In this document: positions 8,342 through 18,235 of the stretch, piece after piece | Layout of the letters: every line of letters begins with the position of its first letter | Numbering within the stretch: position 1 is the first letter of the stretch | From: an uncultured delta proteobacterium | GTDB lineage: Bacteria > Myxococcota_A > Polyangia > Polyangiales > Polyangiaceae | Assembly (NCBI GenBank): GCA_963696385.1 | Contig: CAVOKF010000008.1 | Coordinates: 160,001-224,000 of the forward strand | DNA: 64,000 nt | Direction of reading: 5' to 3' | Program-made: the position numbers and the translations under genes | The notes under the pieces: generated by a model | What the model saw: only the letters and a program-made list of their open reading frames with translations | Told to the model about the DNA's origin: nothing | Database searches by the model: none

Positions 8342-10815
8342 AGGGCTTGCATGTCCGCGAGCAGGAGCGAACTGTACCCGATGGTCGTCGTGTAGCTGCA
8401 CAGCGCTACGGCGCCGCCCACCCTGTGCAACGCGCTCGTCACGTTGCCGCCGAGCAGCCGAGTGCGATCGTAGATATTGAACGGGTATTCGCAGCCGACC
8501 CCGAAGGTGATGGGTAGCGCAATGAAGTTCAGAAAATTGAGCTTCACGTTCATGGCCGCGGCTCCGCCGAGCGTCCAGAGGACCCCCATGGCGAGCGACG
8601 TCAGCACGACGAGCGCCCCGACCAGATCGTGCGTCGCGATCAAGACCACGACGACGACCGCGCCGAACGAGGCCACGGTGGCGAGCGGGCCGTCTCGCTC
8701 CATCGAGCGGATCATCTCGGCGAAGATCGTCGCGCGGCTGGCCGTGAGCACCTTCGTTCCATCCGGCAAGACGACGTTGTCGGTGGCGCGCGCGATTCTG
8801 AGCAAATTGTGGCCATTCGACAGGACCACGTCGTTTCGATATTTGACGTAGAAGACGGTCCCGACCGTGCCGTTGTTTTCCTGAAACCGCCGCCGAAGCA
8901 AACTCGGCAAATCCTTCGCGCCGATGGGACGCAGAGTTCGCGGCGGCGTCAAATCGTCGACATCCGATCGCTCTTGGGCGGAAAGCCCGTGGAGCACGGC
9001 CGGCGTGAGGCGATCGCGAATGCGATCGAGGATCGCGATCTTGGCGCGCTGCTCCTCTTCCGTGCCCGGCAAGACGTCTGCCACGGTCAAGACTTCGTGA
9101 ATGAGCGGCCCTTGGGGATCGGCCGCGTCGTTCTTCAGAATCTGCGCCTTGAGCAACGGCACCTGATCGGGGGTATCGGCGAGCATCACGGCGCCCGAAA
9201 TGTTGTTCTTGCCGCCGAACACGTCGTCGGCCTTGATGGACCATTCGGCCGCGCCGCCGGCCTTGGATCCCTTGGACCCGAGTTTGTCGAAGTTGTACTC
9301 CCAGGGGTCGCGCAAATAGGTCGGCAGCCTCGACAGGGCGAGCGCGGAGAGCGCGATGGCACCCAGCACGAACGCCCACGGCGCGCGCGCCGTCACGCGC
9401 GCGACGAAGCGGATGACGGGCCCCGGCATTCCGTCGACGGAGTGTCGTTCGCGCTCGCGCCACGAGACCGGAAGATGCGCTTCGACGCGCTCCTGAAGCG
9501 CGATCATGGCAGGCACGCAGGGGATGATCGTCACCCACACGAGCAGCATGCCCACGAAGCCGATCAGGCCAAACTGGTTGAAACCGCGAAAGCGGGTGAT
9601 GGTCAGCGAACCGTACGCGATCGATCCGACGCACGCGCCGACCAGCTCGGCCCGGAATGCGTTGAGCACTGCATCGCGACGGGCCTGTTGCGGGGTGAGC
9701 CCACGGGCTCGAAATTCGCGGTAGCGCGACAAGAGAACGATCGGGTAGTTGATGCCGTTTCCCAGGATGATCGCGCCGAGGAACGCGCCTGACGTGTTCA
9801 CGTAGCCAAAGCGGGCCATGGCAAACGAGTAGGCGAACCCGACGCCGAGCAGCGCGGGCAACGCGATCGTCGGGATGGACCACAGCGAGCCGTAAAACAA
9901 AACGATGCCGGCGAGGATGACGACGAGCACGAGCACCGACGCCCAGGCGGCCGACGAGACGAGCGATTGTTTCTCGGCGACCGCGTTGGGAATGTCTCCG
10001 GCGAATCCGACGCGCATGGCGGGGTCGAAACGGGCGGGACGCAGCCGCTCTACCAACGCCCGCACATCCGCATAGAGTAGGTCGCCCAGCCGGTCGCCGG
10101 TGCCCGTGCTCTGGGAGACGATGCGAAGGCCGACGGTATGGCCGTCGGGCGTCGAAAAGTACCCCGACGGAAACTCGTCCAATGTGGCGTACTTCGACTT
10201 CATCTGGCCGCGAAGCTCGCCGAGGCCGAGCGCGGAGGACGGGTCCGATGCCGCGTTCGAGTCGCCGCCGGGCTTGTCCGCGACCTCTTCGTCGTCCAGG
10301 CTTTCGACCAACCCGCTCCGAATCGCGATCTGGCGATCGACGCGGTCGTAGGCTCTATCGAGATCCGCCGCACTGGCGTACAGCCACTTGGACGCCTCGA
10401 CGAACGCGTGAACGTCCTTCGTGCCTCGCTCGACGTACGCGATGAGCGGGGGCGCGCACGTTTGCGGGCATGAAGGAGTCGTGCACGCCGCGACGCACCG
10501 CGACCGCTCGCCCATCCGCCCCTCGATCGCGTCGGCCACCGCATCGATCAACCGTTCGTTGGCCTCGACGTCGGGGGAATCGGCGAGCACGAGCAACGAG
10601 CCCCGACCGCCCACGCGTCCGAGCTGGTGCTCGAAGGCCGCAAACCCGGGGCTGTCGCGAGGCAGGAGCTCGAGAAAATCGGAGCGCAGATCCAGGTGCG
10701 ATGCGTAACCCCACGACGCGATCAGGAACAGCAGCGAGACGACCAGAACGAGGATCGGCCGACGGGCGCTGAAATCGACGATCCGGACAATGAGCGTTTT
10801 CATGAGCGTGGCCAT
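8101..10815 (-). CDS. MMPL/RND superfamily lipid exporter (HpnN-like)
   Basis: Two 1+5 TM repeats with large periplasmic loops; GAIILGNGINYPI and LPITFGVGCEYPFNI (GxGxDY-like motifs); GAGG before ATG 10815. Confidence 0.88.
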   Translation of the reverse strand: MATLMKTLIVRIVDFSARRPILVLVVSLLFLIASWGYASHLDLRSDFLELLPRDSPGFAAFEHQLGRVGGRGSLLVLADSPDVEANERLIDAVADAIEGRMGERSRCVAACTTPSCPQTCAPPLIAYVERGTKDVHAFVEASKWLYASAADLDRAYDRVDRQIAIRSGLVESLDDEEVADKPGGDSNAASDPSSALGLGELRGQMKSKYATLDEFPSGYFSTPDGHTVGLRIVSQSTGTGDRLGDLLYADVRALVERLRPARFDPAMRVGFAGDIPNAVAEKQSLVSSAAWASVLVLVVILAGIVLFYGSLWSIPTIALPALLGVGFAYSFAMARFGYVNTSGAFLGAIILGNGINYPIVLLSRYREFRARGLTPQQARRDAVLNAFRAELVGACVGSIAYGSLTITRFRGFNQFGLIGFVGMLLVWVTIIPCVPAMIALQERVEAHLPVSWRERERHSVDGMPGPVIRFVARVTARAPWAFVLGAIALSALALSRLPTYLRDPWEYNFDKLGSKGSKAGGAAEWSIKADDVFGGKNNISGAVMLADTPDQVPLLKAQILKNDAADPQGPLIHEVLTVADVLPGTEEEQRAKIAILDRIRDRLTPAVLHGLSAQERSDVDDLTPPRTLRPIGAKDLPSLLRRRFQENNGTVGTVFYVKYRNDVVLSNGHNLLRIARATDNVVLPDGTKVLTASRATIFAEMIRSMERDGPLATVASFGAVVVVVLIATHDLVGALVVLTSLAMGVLWTLGGAAAMNVKLNFLNFIALPITFGVGCEYPFNIYDRTRLLGGNVTSALHRVGGAVALCSYTTTIGYSSLLLADMQALQSFGWVAMSGEVACLASALFVVPSMLHLISPARRRSHGGSGVFAVDGVAPARETESATAPSLPSRSGKPMGGELPDSRR

Positions 10816-10900
10816 CGCGACCTCGCCAGAGGCGTGTGCCACGCCGCGCCCCCGTCGGGGCGACCGGCGTTTCCGCAGATCGCCGGGATGCGCCGAGCCA

Positions 10901-12163
10901 TCACCGCGCTACACGCTCGATCTCGCGCTGGATGACGCGGGCGTGAGGACGCGCATCGAAGTCGCGTTCGACGAGAGCGCGCCCCGCTTGGCCGTGCGCC
11001 TTGCGCAGGTCCGCACGACGGAAATACTCGACGAAATGCCGCGCCATCCGACCCACGTCGGGTGGCTTGCCGGCGAGCAACCCGTTGACACCGGACTCGA
11101 CCATCTCGGGGATGCCGCCCATGGCGAAGGCGACGACAGGCTTGGCGAGCGCCATGGCTTCGAACGTCGCTCGTGGCAAAGGATCCTCGTAGACGCTCGG
11201 GATCACCGTCACGTCGAAGTCGCGCACGTACGCCTTGATGTCGGCCTGGAACCCGACGAAATGAAAATGGCGGTCGAGCGCCAGTTCGCCCACGAGCGCG
11301 CGGCACTCGGCGAGATGATCGACTTGGACGTCTTGCGGAGTATCGCCGATGACCACGAACCGCGCGCGCCTGCGCTCCTCTTCGGTCAGCGCATCCATGG
11401 CCAGGCGCGCCGCACGAATCATCTCGATATACCCCTTTCGCGGCAAGATGCGCCCTTGACTGCCAAAGACGACGGTGTCGGACGACAACCCCAATTGGGA
11501 GCGCAGCGCACGCGGCCCGTCCACGGAAAACTCCTGGGCGTCGATCGAGTCGTGCACGATCGTCACCTTGTGGCGCGCGCATGGATCGAAGAGCCTTGCG
11601 GTCGGCTGGGACACGCAGAGAATCGAGCGCACGGATCGGCTCGCCGCGAGGTGTCCGTGCAGCCGCGACAAGGCCGGCGCCACGGTCGAGTAGAAGACGT
11701 GCCAGATGACGGGTACCCCGGCCAGCCGGCCGAGCGCCGCGCCGGCGAAGTTCGCGGATGTGCCGTTGCAAAAAATCGCGTCGTAGCGGCCGCGTCGCAC
11801 CCGAGCCGCGAGCCGGGCCATGCCGACCGCCGCCCGGCCGACGTTGCCCGCGGCCCGCACGCCGCGGACCAGCCGTGGCGCTTCGAAATCGGCCCGATCC
11901 ATCGCGCGGTCCCACGGTTCGACGAGGTTCTCGATCCAGTTCGGCTCGAACCAGATCTCGTCGGTCGCCCCGTGGCGGCGCAATCGATCGGCCACGACAC
12001 CGTCGCGCGGAACGACCACCGACCGATAGACGACGCTCGGGTCGATGAACTTGAGGATGTACAGCAGGGTGCTGCCGGGTCCCCCGTTGCGAGACGTGTC
12101 GTTGATGAAGAGGACTCGCAAGCGTTCCCGTCCGATCGCCGCCCGAGACGCCTCTGGCGGCAC
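10901..12163 (-). CDS. GT4 glycosyltransferase
   Basis: LRVLFINDTSRNGGPG, GRILPRKG, VIPSVYEDPLPRATFEAMALAKPVVA; start uncertain (GTG 12163). Confidence 0.88.
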   Translation of the reverse strand: MPPEASRAAIGRERLRVLFINDTSRNGGPGSTLLYILKFIDPSVVYRSVVVPRDGVVADRLRRHGATDEIWFEPNWIENLVEPWDRAMDRADFEAPRLVRGVRAAGNVGRAAVGMARLAARVRRGRYDAIFCNGTSANFAGAALGRLAGVPVIWHVFYSTVAPALSRLHGHLAASRSVRSILCVSQPTARLFDPCARHKVTIVHDSIDAQEFSVDGPRALRSQLGLSSDTVVFGSQGRILPRKGYIEMIRAARLAMDALTEEERRRARFVVIGDTPQDVQVDHLAECRALVGELALDRHFHFVGFQADIKAYVRDFDVTVIPSVYEDPLPRATFEAMALAKPVVAFAMGGIPEMVESGVNGLLAGKPPDVGRMARHFVEYFRRADLRKAHGQAGRALVERDFDARPHARVIQREIERVAR

Positions 12164-12176
12164 CCGAGGCGCGCCG

Positions 12177-15100
12177 TCAGTCGTCGAACTTGAAGAGATC
12201 ATCGAGGTCGCTCTTGGTCAGCTTCTTCGCGCCACCCACGTCCTCGGAGAGAACCGCCCCGACGAGCTCGCGCTTTTTCTCCCCGAGCTCGATGATCTTC
12301 TCTTCGATGGTGCCCTTCGCGACCAGACGGTAGGTCGTGACGACCTTCGTTTGTCCGATCCGGTGCGCACGGTCGGTCGCCTGGTCCTCGACGGCGGGGT
12401 TCCACCACGGATCGAAGTGGATGACCGTGTCGGCCGCGGTGAGGTTCAAGCCGCTGCCGCCTGCTTTGAGGGAGATGAGAAATACCGGCGGGCCGTCGTC
12501 GCTCTGGAAATGCTCGACGACCGACTGCCGATCCTTGGTCGATCCGTCGAGGTACGCGAAGGTCACTCGATCTTCCTCCAGGGCTCGCCGAATGAGCTGC
12601 AGCATGGTCACGAACTGGCTGAACACGAGCACCTTGTGGCCCCCGGCAATGCTCGTCTGAATGAGCTCCCGGAGTGCCACGAGTTTGCCGGAGTCCTCGT
12701 CGCCGAACTCGCGCGGAAGGCCGAGCAGCCGCGGGTCGCACGCCGCCTGACGCAGTCGCGTCAAGCCCGCGAGAATCTGGATGTGGCTGCGGGCCACGCC
12801 AATCCGCTCGACCTCGCCCATGACCTGCGCGCGCACCTCCTTGAGCACCGCCGCATAGAGCGCTCCTTGCTCGCCGATGAGTTCGCAGAATTGGTCCTGC
12901 TCGATTTTCTCCGGCAGGTCGCGGGCCACCTCGGACTTCGTGCGGCGAAGAATGAAAGGATGGATGGTGACCCGGAGCCGCTCGGCGGCCGTCTTGTCTC
13001 CCGCGTCGATCGGGCGAGAGTAGCGCTCTTCGAATTTGTCGAGCGGGCCCAGAAGACCGGGGCTCACGAAGTCGAATATCGACCATATCTCGCTAAGTCG
13101 ATTCTCGATCGGCGTCCCGGTCAAAGCGAGTCGCCGATCGGTCTTCAGGCGCTTGGCGGCGCGTGCCGTCGCACTGAAGGGGTTTTTGATCTGCTGCGCT
13201 TCGTCGACGATGACGTAGCGCCACGGGATCTCCTTGAGGAGCTCCTCGTCACGCCGCAGGAGCGCATAACTGGTCACGACGACGTCGGCGTCTTCGAGTT
13301 CGTCCTGTCGCTCCTTGCGTTCGGCGCCGTGCCAGAGCGCGTGCCGGAGAGAAGGCGCAAATTTGTCCATCTCGCGGAGCCAATTCGTCACGACACTCGT
13401 CGGCGCGACGATGAGTGCCTTGAAAGGCTTGCGCCGCCCCTCGATCTTCGCGTCCTCGTTCTTGACCGCCAAAAGCAACGCCAGCGTTTGCACCGTCTTG
13501 CCGAGACCCATGTCGTCGGCCAGCACGCCGCCGGTCCCAATCTCGTGCAAAAACCAGAGCCACTGAAACCCTTGCTCCTGGTAGGGCCGCAGCTGCGCCT
13601 TCAGGTTTCTTGGTTTGCGCGCCCCCTTGATCTCGTCGATTTCTTTGAGCTTCTTGAATATTTCTCGGGTCTCGCCGGATATCCCGGACCGCCCCACCTG
13701 GGCCAGGAGATCTTCGATGCGGCCGGCCTGCGAAAGCGGCAGCCGACCTCCGTTGCCACCGCCGGTCGCGAGGATTTCCGCTTGGCGCTGAAGAACCTCG
13801 CGAACCTTCTGCGGGTCCAGTCGAGCGAACGTGCCGTCGGCGAGTCGGACGTAGCGTCGTCCTTCCGACAGGCAGCGCGCGAGCTCCTCTTGCGTGACGG
13901 CGACGCCCTCGCTCTCGAAGTTGAGCCGGAGCGATAGCCAATCGACCCCACTCGATACGCGGGCGTTGGCCGTCAGCGCCTCGTCGCGAACCTGCACGTC
14001 GACGAGGTCGTCGGGTACGAAGATGTCCCAGTCGTCGGGCAGCAGGCCGATTCCCTCGGTCCAGAAGCGCAGCGCGTCGTCGCCTCGCGCGACGAACTTG
14101 TTGCCGTCTTCCGCCGGTACCAGGCCCAGATCCCGCAGCTTGGCCGCGGCGGACTGCTGCGCGGCGATGTCGCACCGAATGCAGCGCGCGCGCTTCGCGC
14201 TGCCCGGCCCCGGCGACTTGACGATCACCGGAAGGGTCATCCCATCGGCTCGGACGTCGACTTCGGTGTCTTCGTACGCCGCGCGCAGGCTCACCTGGGC
14301 TTCGATCAGATTGCCACCGGCTGCGACGCGGAACGTCGGAACGAGGTCGACGACGTCGGCCACCTGCGACAGCTCGGGCAGCTCGGCCCCGACCTCGACC
14401 GCGACCTTCGGGAGTCCGTGCATGACGAGCTCGGCAAGACGCTCGACCGGTTCGCCAATCGCCGACAGCCGGAGCAGCCGCCGAATCGCCGCCGGAGATA
14501 CACGCCGGTCGATGGGACGCGCCCAGCCCTCTTGCGCGTCGACGTACCACCCGGGGCTACCCTCGAACCAGGCACCGCTCGTCGTGGTGAATCGCCGCGG
14601 GTCTCCTTGCCGCTGAAAGGAGGCGCGCACCATGATCTGTGCGCCGTCGGGCGACAGTTCGAGATCAAAGCGCGGCCGCAATGGCTCGTCGCCGAAGCGC
14701 AGCTCCATCATTTGGGGCTCGACGATGACGCGTCGCCCCTTCAGCAGCGGCAAGAGGTCGCTCGCGTCTTCGCCGCGAACGTCGATGCCCACCCGCCGCG
14801 GACCCTGATTCTCGAAACGAGCCAGCAGCCGCACGGCATCCCGATCGGCGGTGGGGTGTTGGTCTTGCGCGAGCAGCAGAGCGCTCGGCAAGAGCGGAAC
14901 GCGGGCGTCCGGATCGAGCAGCGTAATGGTGAGCGCACCGCTCGTCGCGTTGGGGGAATGGCCCGGTTGCTTGATCTGAAGCCGGTACTCGATGTGCTTG
15001 GGGGCGGGCGGCATCGGCTCGGGAAGCCACGCGTCGACGCCCGTCCCGCTCGGAACGAGCGCGCGCGGCGGGGGCGCGCCTGGATGCCCGGCATGCGCCG

Positions 15101-15551
15101 CCTTCATCGCGCGCGCCCGCGCTCTCTTGCTGCGACGGCCCTCTCCGTCGACGCCGGCCACGTGCACGGTGCCGCCGTGCACCGTGTAATGGACCCCGTT
15201 CGGCGGCGCTTGCGGCGCCGCAGCCGGACGTGGCTGGGCGCCGCGCGCCTGATCGCGTAGCGCAATGAGCAACGCTGCGACATGCTTGCAATGCCCCCCA
15301 TTGCTCGATGCGTAGGCCGGACACGTGCAGTTCGAAGTAAAGCCACTGGGCGATAGCTTCAGCGTCACCTTGTAAGGCTCTGCTTCGGTGCCGCGTACGT
15401 GTCCGCGCGCCCCTGCGTCTTCGATGACGATGTTCTCGACGGCGTGCCGTCGCACGTAATCGTAGCCGCGCAGGTAGGCGCGCGCCCCCAGAAGGCGTCG
15501 GAGGGCGCGATCGTTGAGTGTCGATAGGGCTTCGGTGAACGGTGAGGCCAA
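12177..15551 (-). CDS. SWIM zinc finger-SNF2 family helicase/ATPase
   Basis: SWIM CTC...CKH; LRPYQ, LADDMGLGKT, DEAQQIKN, ALTGTPIENR, SLKAGGSGLNL, QATDRAHRIGQ; start uncertain (TTG 15551; ORF open to 15773). Confidence 0.95.
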   Translation of the reverse strand: MASPFTEALSTLNDRALRRLLGARAYLRGYDYVRRHAVENIVIEDAGARGHVRGTEAEPYKVTLKLSPSGFTSNCTCPAYASSNGGHCKHVAALLIALRDQARGAQPRPAAAPQAPPNGVHYTVHGGTVHVAGVDGEGRRSKRARARAMKAAHAGHPGAPPPRALVPSGTGVDAWLPEPMPPAPKHIEYRLQIKQPGHSPNATSGALTITLLDPDARVPLLPSALLLAQDQHPTADRDAVRLLARFENQGPRRVGIDVRGEDASDLLPLLKGRRVIVEPQMMELRFGDEPLRPRFDLELSPDGAQIMVRASFQRQGDPRRFTTTSGAWFEGSPGWYVDAQEGWARPIDRRVSPAAIRRLLRLSAIGEPVERLAELVMHGLPKVAVEVGAELPELSQVADVVDLVPTFRVAAGGNLIEAQVSLRAAYEDTEVDVRADGMTLPVIVKSPGPGSAKRARCIRCDIAAQQSAAAKLRDLGLVPAEDGNKFVARGDDALRFWTEGIGLLPDDWDIFVPDDLVDVQVRDEALTANARVSSGVDWLSLRLNFESEGVAVTQEELARCLSEGRRYVRLADGTFARLDPQKVREVLQRQAEILATGGGNGGRLPLSQAGRIEDLLAQVGRSGISGETREIFKKLKEIDEIKGARKPRNLKAQLRPYQEQGFQWLWFLHEIGTGGVLADDMGLGKTVQTLALLLAVKNEDAKIEGRRKPFKALIVAPTSVVTNWLREMDKFAPSLRHALWHGAERKERQDELEDADVVVTSYALLRRDEELLKEIPWRYVIVDEAQQIKNPFSATARAAKRLKTDRRLALTGTPIENRLSEIWSIFDFVSPGLLGPLDKFEERYSRPIDAGDKTAAERLRVTIHPFILRRTKSEVARDLPEKIEQDQFCELIGEQGALYAAVLKEVRAQVMGEVERIGVARSHIQILAGLTRLRQAACDPRLLGLPREFGDEDSGKLVALRELIQTSIAGGHKVLVFSQFVTMLQLIRRALEEDRVTFAYLDGSTKDRQSVVEHFQSDDGPPVFLISLKAGGSGLNLTAADTVIHFDPWWNPAVEDQATDRAHRIGQTKVVTTYRLVAKGTIEEKIIELGEKKRELVGAVLSEDVGGAKKLTKSDLDDLFKFDD

Positions 15552-15973
15552 AGACGCTACGCACGCGCGAGGGCGTGCCCTTTCGTTACTTCGGTACTCG
15601 GTTTGACGTATCGGCCATGGTCCTCGGGCGGTGACAGGGAACCTGGCCTGCGAGCCTCGCGGTGAAGACCGTCGCAAGCGACGGGTCGGCCCGCGGTGCG
15701 AGGTTCGGTCACGGCGCGTTTTTGCAGCAACGACGCCGAGAGCGCGCGAACTCTCTGTAGTAGTCCGTAGCATCGCTCATACCCATCCGCAAACCGTTTT
15801 GCATTCGCACGAGTCCGATCGGGCCCGCGCAAGGCCCCCGGTCGCTCGTGTCCGGGCCTTCCCGCTCGTCGCCATGGCAAGCGCGAAGCGTTTCGGTCTC
15901 GAGGCCTGAACCTCACGACCCCAGGCAGCGATCGCCCCCGCATGCTTGAGCGGCTGCCGCTTCGGCGATACGG

Positions 15974-16825
15974 ATGCGGGCGAGCCCGATGCGTTTCGCC
16001 CGACTCCCCGAACGAGCGCGGCCGTCCCCGGCGGCCGACCCCGCACGACGCCGCGCCCTCGGCGCCGTAGCGGCGGCGTGGCTCGTCGCTTGCTCGGTGC
16101 CCGTGGCGGGCGATTTGGACGATCCCGAAGCGAACCGCGTCTTCGTCGCACTCGACCGCGAAGGTCTCGCGCCCACCAAGGAAAGCGACCCCAACTTCGA
16201 TGGCAAATGGCGGATTGAAGTGCCGCCGGACGACGCCGCGCGGGCGTTCTCCGTCATGCGCGACGAGCAGCTTCCTCGCCGCAATCCCCCCGGTGTGCTC
16301 GATGCGGTGGGCAAAGGGTCGCTCGTGCCGAGCGAGGCCCTCGAGCAAGCCCAGCTGATGACGGGTATCGCCGGCGACCTCGAGCGGACGCTCGAAGCCA
16401 TCGACGGGGTGGTCTCCGCGCACGTTCACTTGAGCCTTTCGCACCCGGGCGGATGGCGAGATCCGGAACCGTCGCGCGCAACGGCCAGTGCGCTCGTCGA
16501 GTATCGAGGCACGACGCCGCCTTTCAGTGAGGACGCCGTCCAGCGCCTCGTCGCCGGCGGCGCGGGGGGGCTGCTTCCGACCGATGTCTTGGTCGTGATG
16601 GTCGCGCGGCCTGCGCCGGCGGCGTATGCCCCCTCCGGCGAGGTCGTGCACGTCGGACCCATCGCCGTGACTCGCGCTTCGAAGAGGCGGTTGCAAGCCA
16701 CGTTCGCGGGCCTCTTGGGCCTCATCGCGATATTGGCCACGACGACCTTCGTCTTGTACGCACGGCAGTCGCGCGCTCGCGCGGCGCGGCCGCGCGAAGC
16801 CCCCCTCATCCCCCCCTCGACGTGA
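15974..16825 (+). CDS. SctJ/YscJ/FliF-family ring-forming lipoprotein (orphan)
   Basis: Lipobox LVAC; LDDPEANRVFVAL; W.IEV; LVPSEALEQ; LERTLEAIDGVVSAHVHL; ATASALVEY; C-terminal TM helix. Confidence 0.85.
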   Translation: MRASPMRFARLPERARPSPAADPARRRALGAVAAAWLVACSVPVAGDLDDPEANRVFVALDREGLAPTKESDPNFDGKWRIEVPPDDAARAFSVMRDEQLPRRNPPGVLDAVGKGSLVPSEALEQAQLMTGIAGDLERTLEAIDGVVSAHVHLSLSHPGGWRDPEPSRATASALVEYRGTTPPFSEDAVQRLVAGGAGGLLPTDVLVVMVARPAPAAYAPSGEVVHVGPIAVTRASKRRLQATFAGLLGLIAILATTTFVLYARQSRARAARPREAPLIPPST

Positions 16826-16835
16826 GACCCTCCAC

Positions 16836-17846
16836 GTGAGATCCTTATCGGCTCTCATCGCCGCGATCGCGATGGGTCTGTCGTGCTCGAAGCCGTCGGC
16901 TGCGCCGGACGCCGGCGCTCCTCCGGCTCTCGACCGGCAGAGGGCCACCGAAGAGGCCCAGAGCGGACCCATCGCCGCGATGGACGCGTCTCAGGCCGAC
17001 GGGCCCTCGGCCACGGTGTCGGTTCTCGACGACGGTCGCAAGCCCAGGCGCCGACTCCGGTACGCATGGCGGATTGACCAGCACGAAGAGCTCACGATGA
17101 ATCTGCAGACGGTCGCCTCGACGGAAAGTCCCGATGCCGACACGACCGGAGTCGCTCTGCCGCCGGTACGAATCGTGCTCGCCATCGACCCGTCCGGTGT
17201 CTCGCCGGAGGGCGACATGCACTTCGCCTGGCGGGTCGCGTCGAGCCGCGTGAAGGCCGACCCGGGCATTCCGAGCCAGCTCGCCGACGGAATGCGGACC
17301 GAAGTCGCCGCCATCGAACACCTTGCCGGGACCGGAGTGGTCTCGTCACGCGGGATCGCGCAGTCGATCGTCATCGATCCGAAGTCGGTGTCGCTGGGCG
17401 AATCGTCGGGGCAGATGGTCGAACAGGTCCGTCAGACGTTGCGAGCCGTGGCGGTCCCATTTCCGGAAGAGGAGGTCGGGCTGGGTGCGCGCTGGCAGAA
17501 ACTCTCGGAGCTCTCTTCGAAGGACGCCCTCATCACGCAGAGCGACACCTTCACGCTGCGATCGCTCGGCGCAACCCACGGATCCGTCGACGATATCCTG
17601 GCGCAGACCGCGCCCCCGCAAGCGCTCAGGACGCCCGGTACGCCGGAAGAAGGCCAGGCCCGGATGGAGTCCATGCTCGCGTCCGGCACGGCCCGGATGA
17701 GCTTCGATCTCGAACGACTGGTCGCTCAAGCGAAGATCGAGAGCACCACCACGATGGTCGTGTCGCGGCCTTCTCGAGGCGACGGATCTCGACGGATGAC
17801 GATGATTCTACGGGTCGAAGTCAGCTTGACCGGGTCGGCGCATTGA
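16836..17846 (+). CDS. Hypothetical lipoprotein
   Basis: Signal peptide with GLSC lipobox; beta-rich body (VPFPEEEVGLGARW); 10 bp after the sctJ-like gene. Confidence 0.65.
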   Translation: MRSLSALIAAIAMGLSCSKPSAAPDAGAPPALDRQRATEEAQSGPIAAMDASQADGPSATVSVLDDGRKPRRRLRYAWRIDQHEELTMNLQTVASTESPDADTTGVALPPVRIVLAIDPSGVSPEGDMHFAWRVASSRVKADPGIPSQLADGMRTEVAAIEHLAGTGVVSSRGIAQSIVIDPKSVSLGESSGQMVEQVRQTLRAVAVPFPEEEVGLGARWQKLSELSSKDALITQSDTFTLRSLGATHGSVDDILAQTAPPQALRTPGTPEEGQARMESMLASGTARMSFDLERLVAQAKIESTTTMVVSRPSRGDGSRRMTMILRVEVSLTGSAH

Positions 17847-18181
17847 CGTCGGGCAACCTCGAGTTCGTCCAGATCCTCGCTTCGTGGGCGGCGACCGCTC
17901 CGGTCCTCGTGGCCGTGGTGCGCCTCGACGAACGCCGCCTGAGCCCTTCCGCGCTCGCGCGCGCGTGGCCGACGGTGTCCCGGGATGCCGCCATCTTTGC
18001 CCTCTGGATGTTCGGGTTCCACCCCGCGTTCGTACTGGCTTTCTTTCTGACGTACTTCATGCGTACGCGCGCCAAGTTGCGCGGCGCCCTGCTGGGTACG
18101 GCGTGGACGTTGGCCGTCGTCGCGATCGACGTCGGGGCTCAATGGACGGCCGCAACGGCGGTCGAATGGCTCGGGGTGTAA
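17843..18181 (+). CDS. Small hypothetical membrane protein
   Basis: Three hydrophobic segments; TTG start overlaps the upstream stop. Confidence 0.6.
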   Translation: MTSGNLEFVQILASWAATAPVLVAVVRLDERRLSPSALARAWPTVSRDAAIFALWMFGFHPAFVLAFFLTYFMRTRAKLRGALLGTAWTLAVVAIDVGAQWTAATAVEWLGV

Positions 18182-18235
18182 GGGCGGACGGCTCTTCTGG
18201 CGCGCGCCCCGCAAGCGGTGATATTCAGCCGCGGC

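Noticed and set aside
12177..15551. SNF2 helicase, MazG or the phosphoesterase as an anti-phage defence system
   Set aside because: They are canonical, dispersed, housekeeping-type genes with no nuclease, methylase or effector partners nearby.
15600..15780. Riboswitch or ncRNA upstream of the SNF2 gene
   Set aside because: Only one clear hairpin (CCGTC-GCAA-GACGG-like) and no recognisable family consensus.
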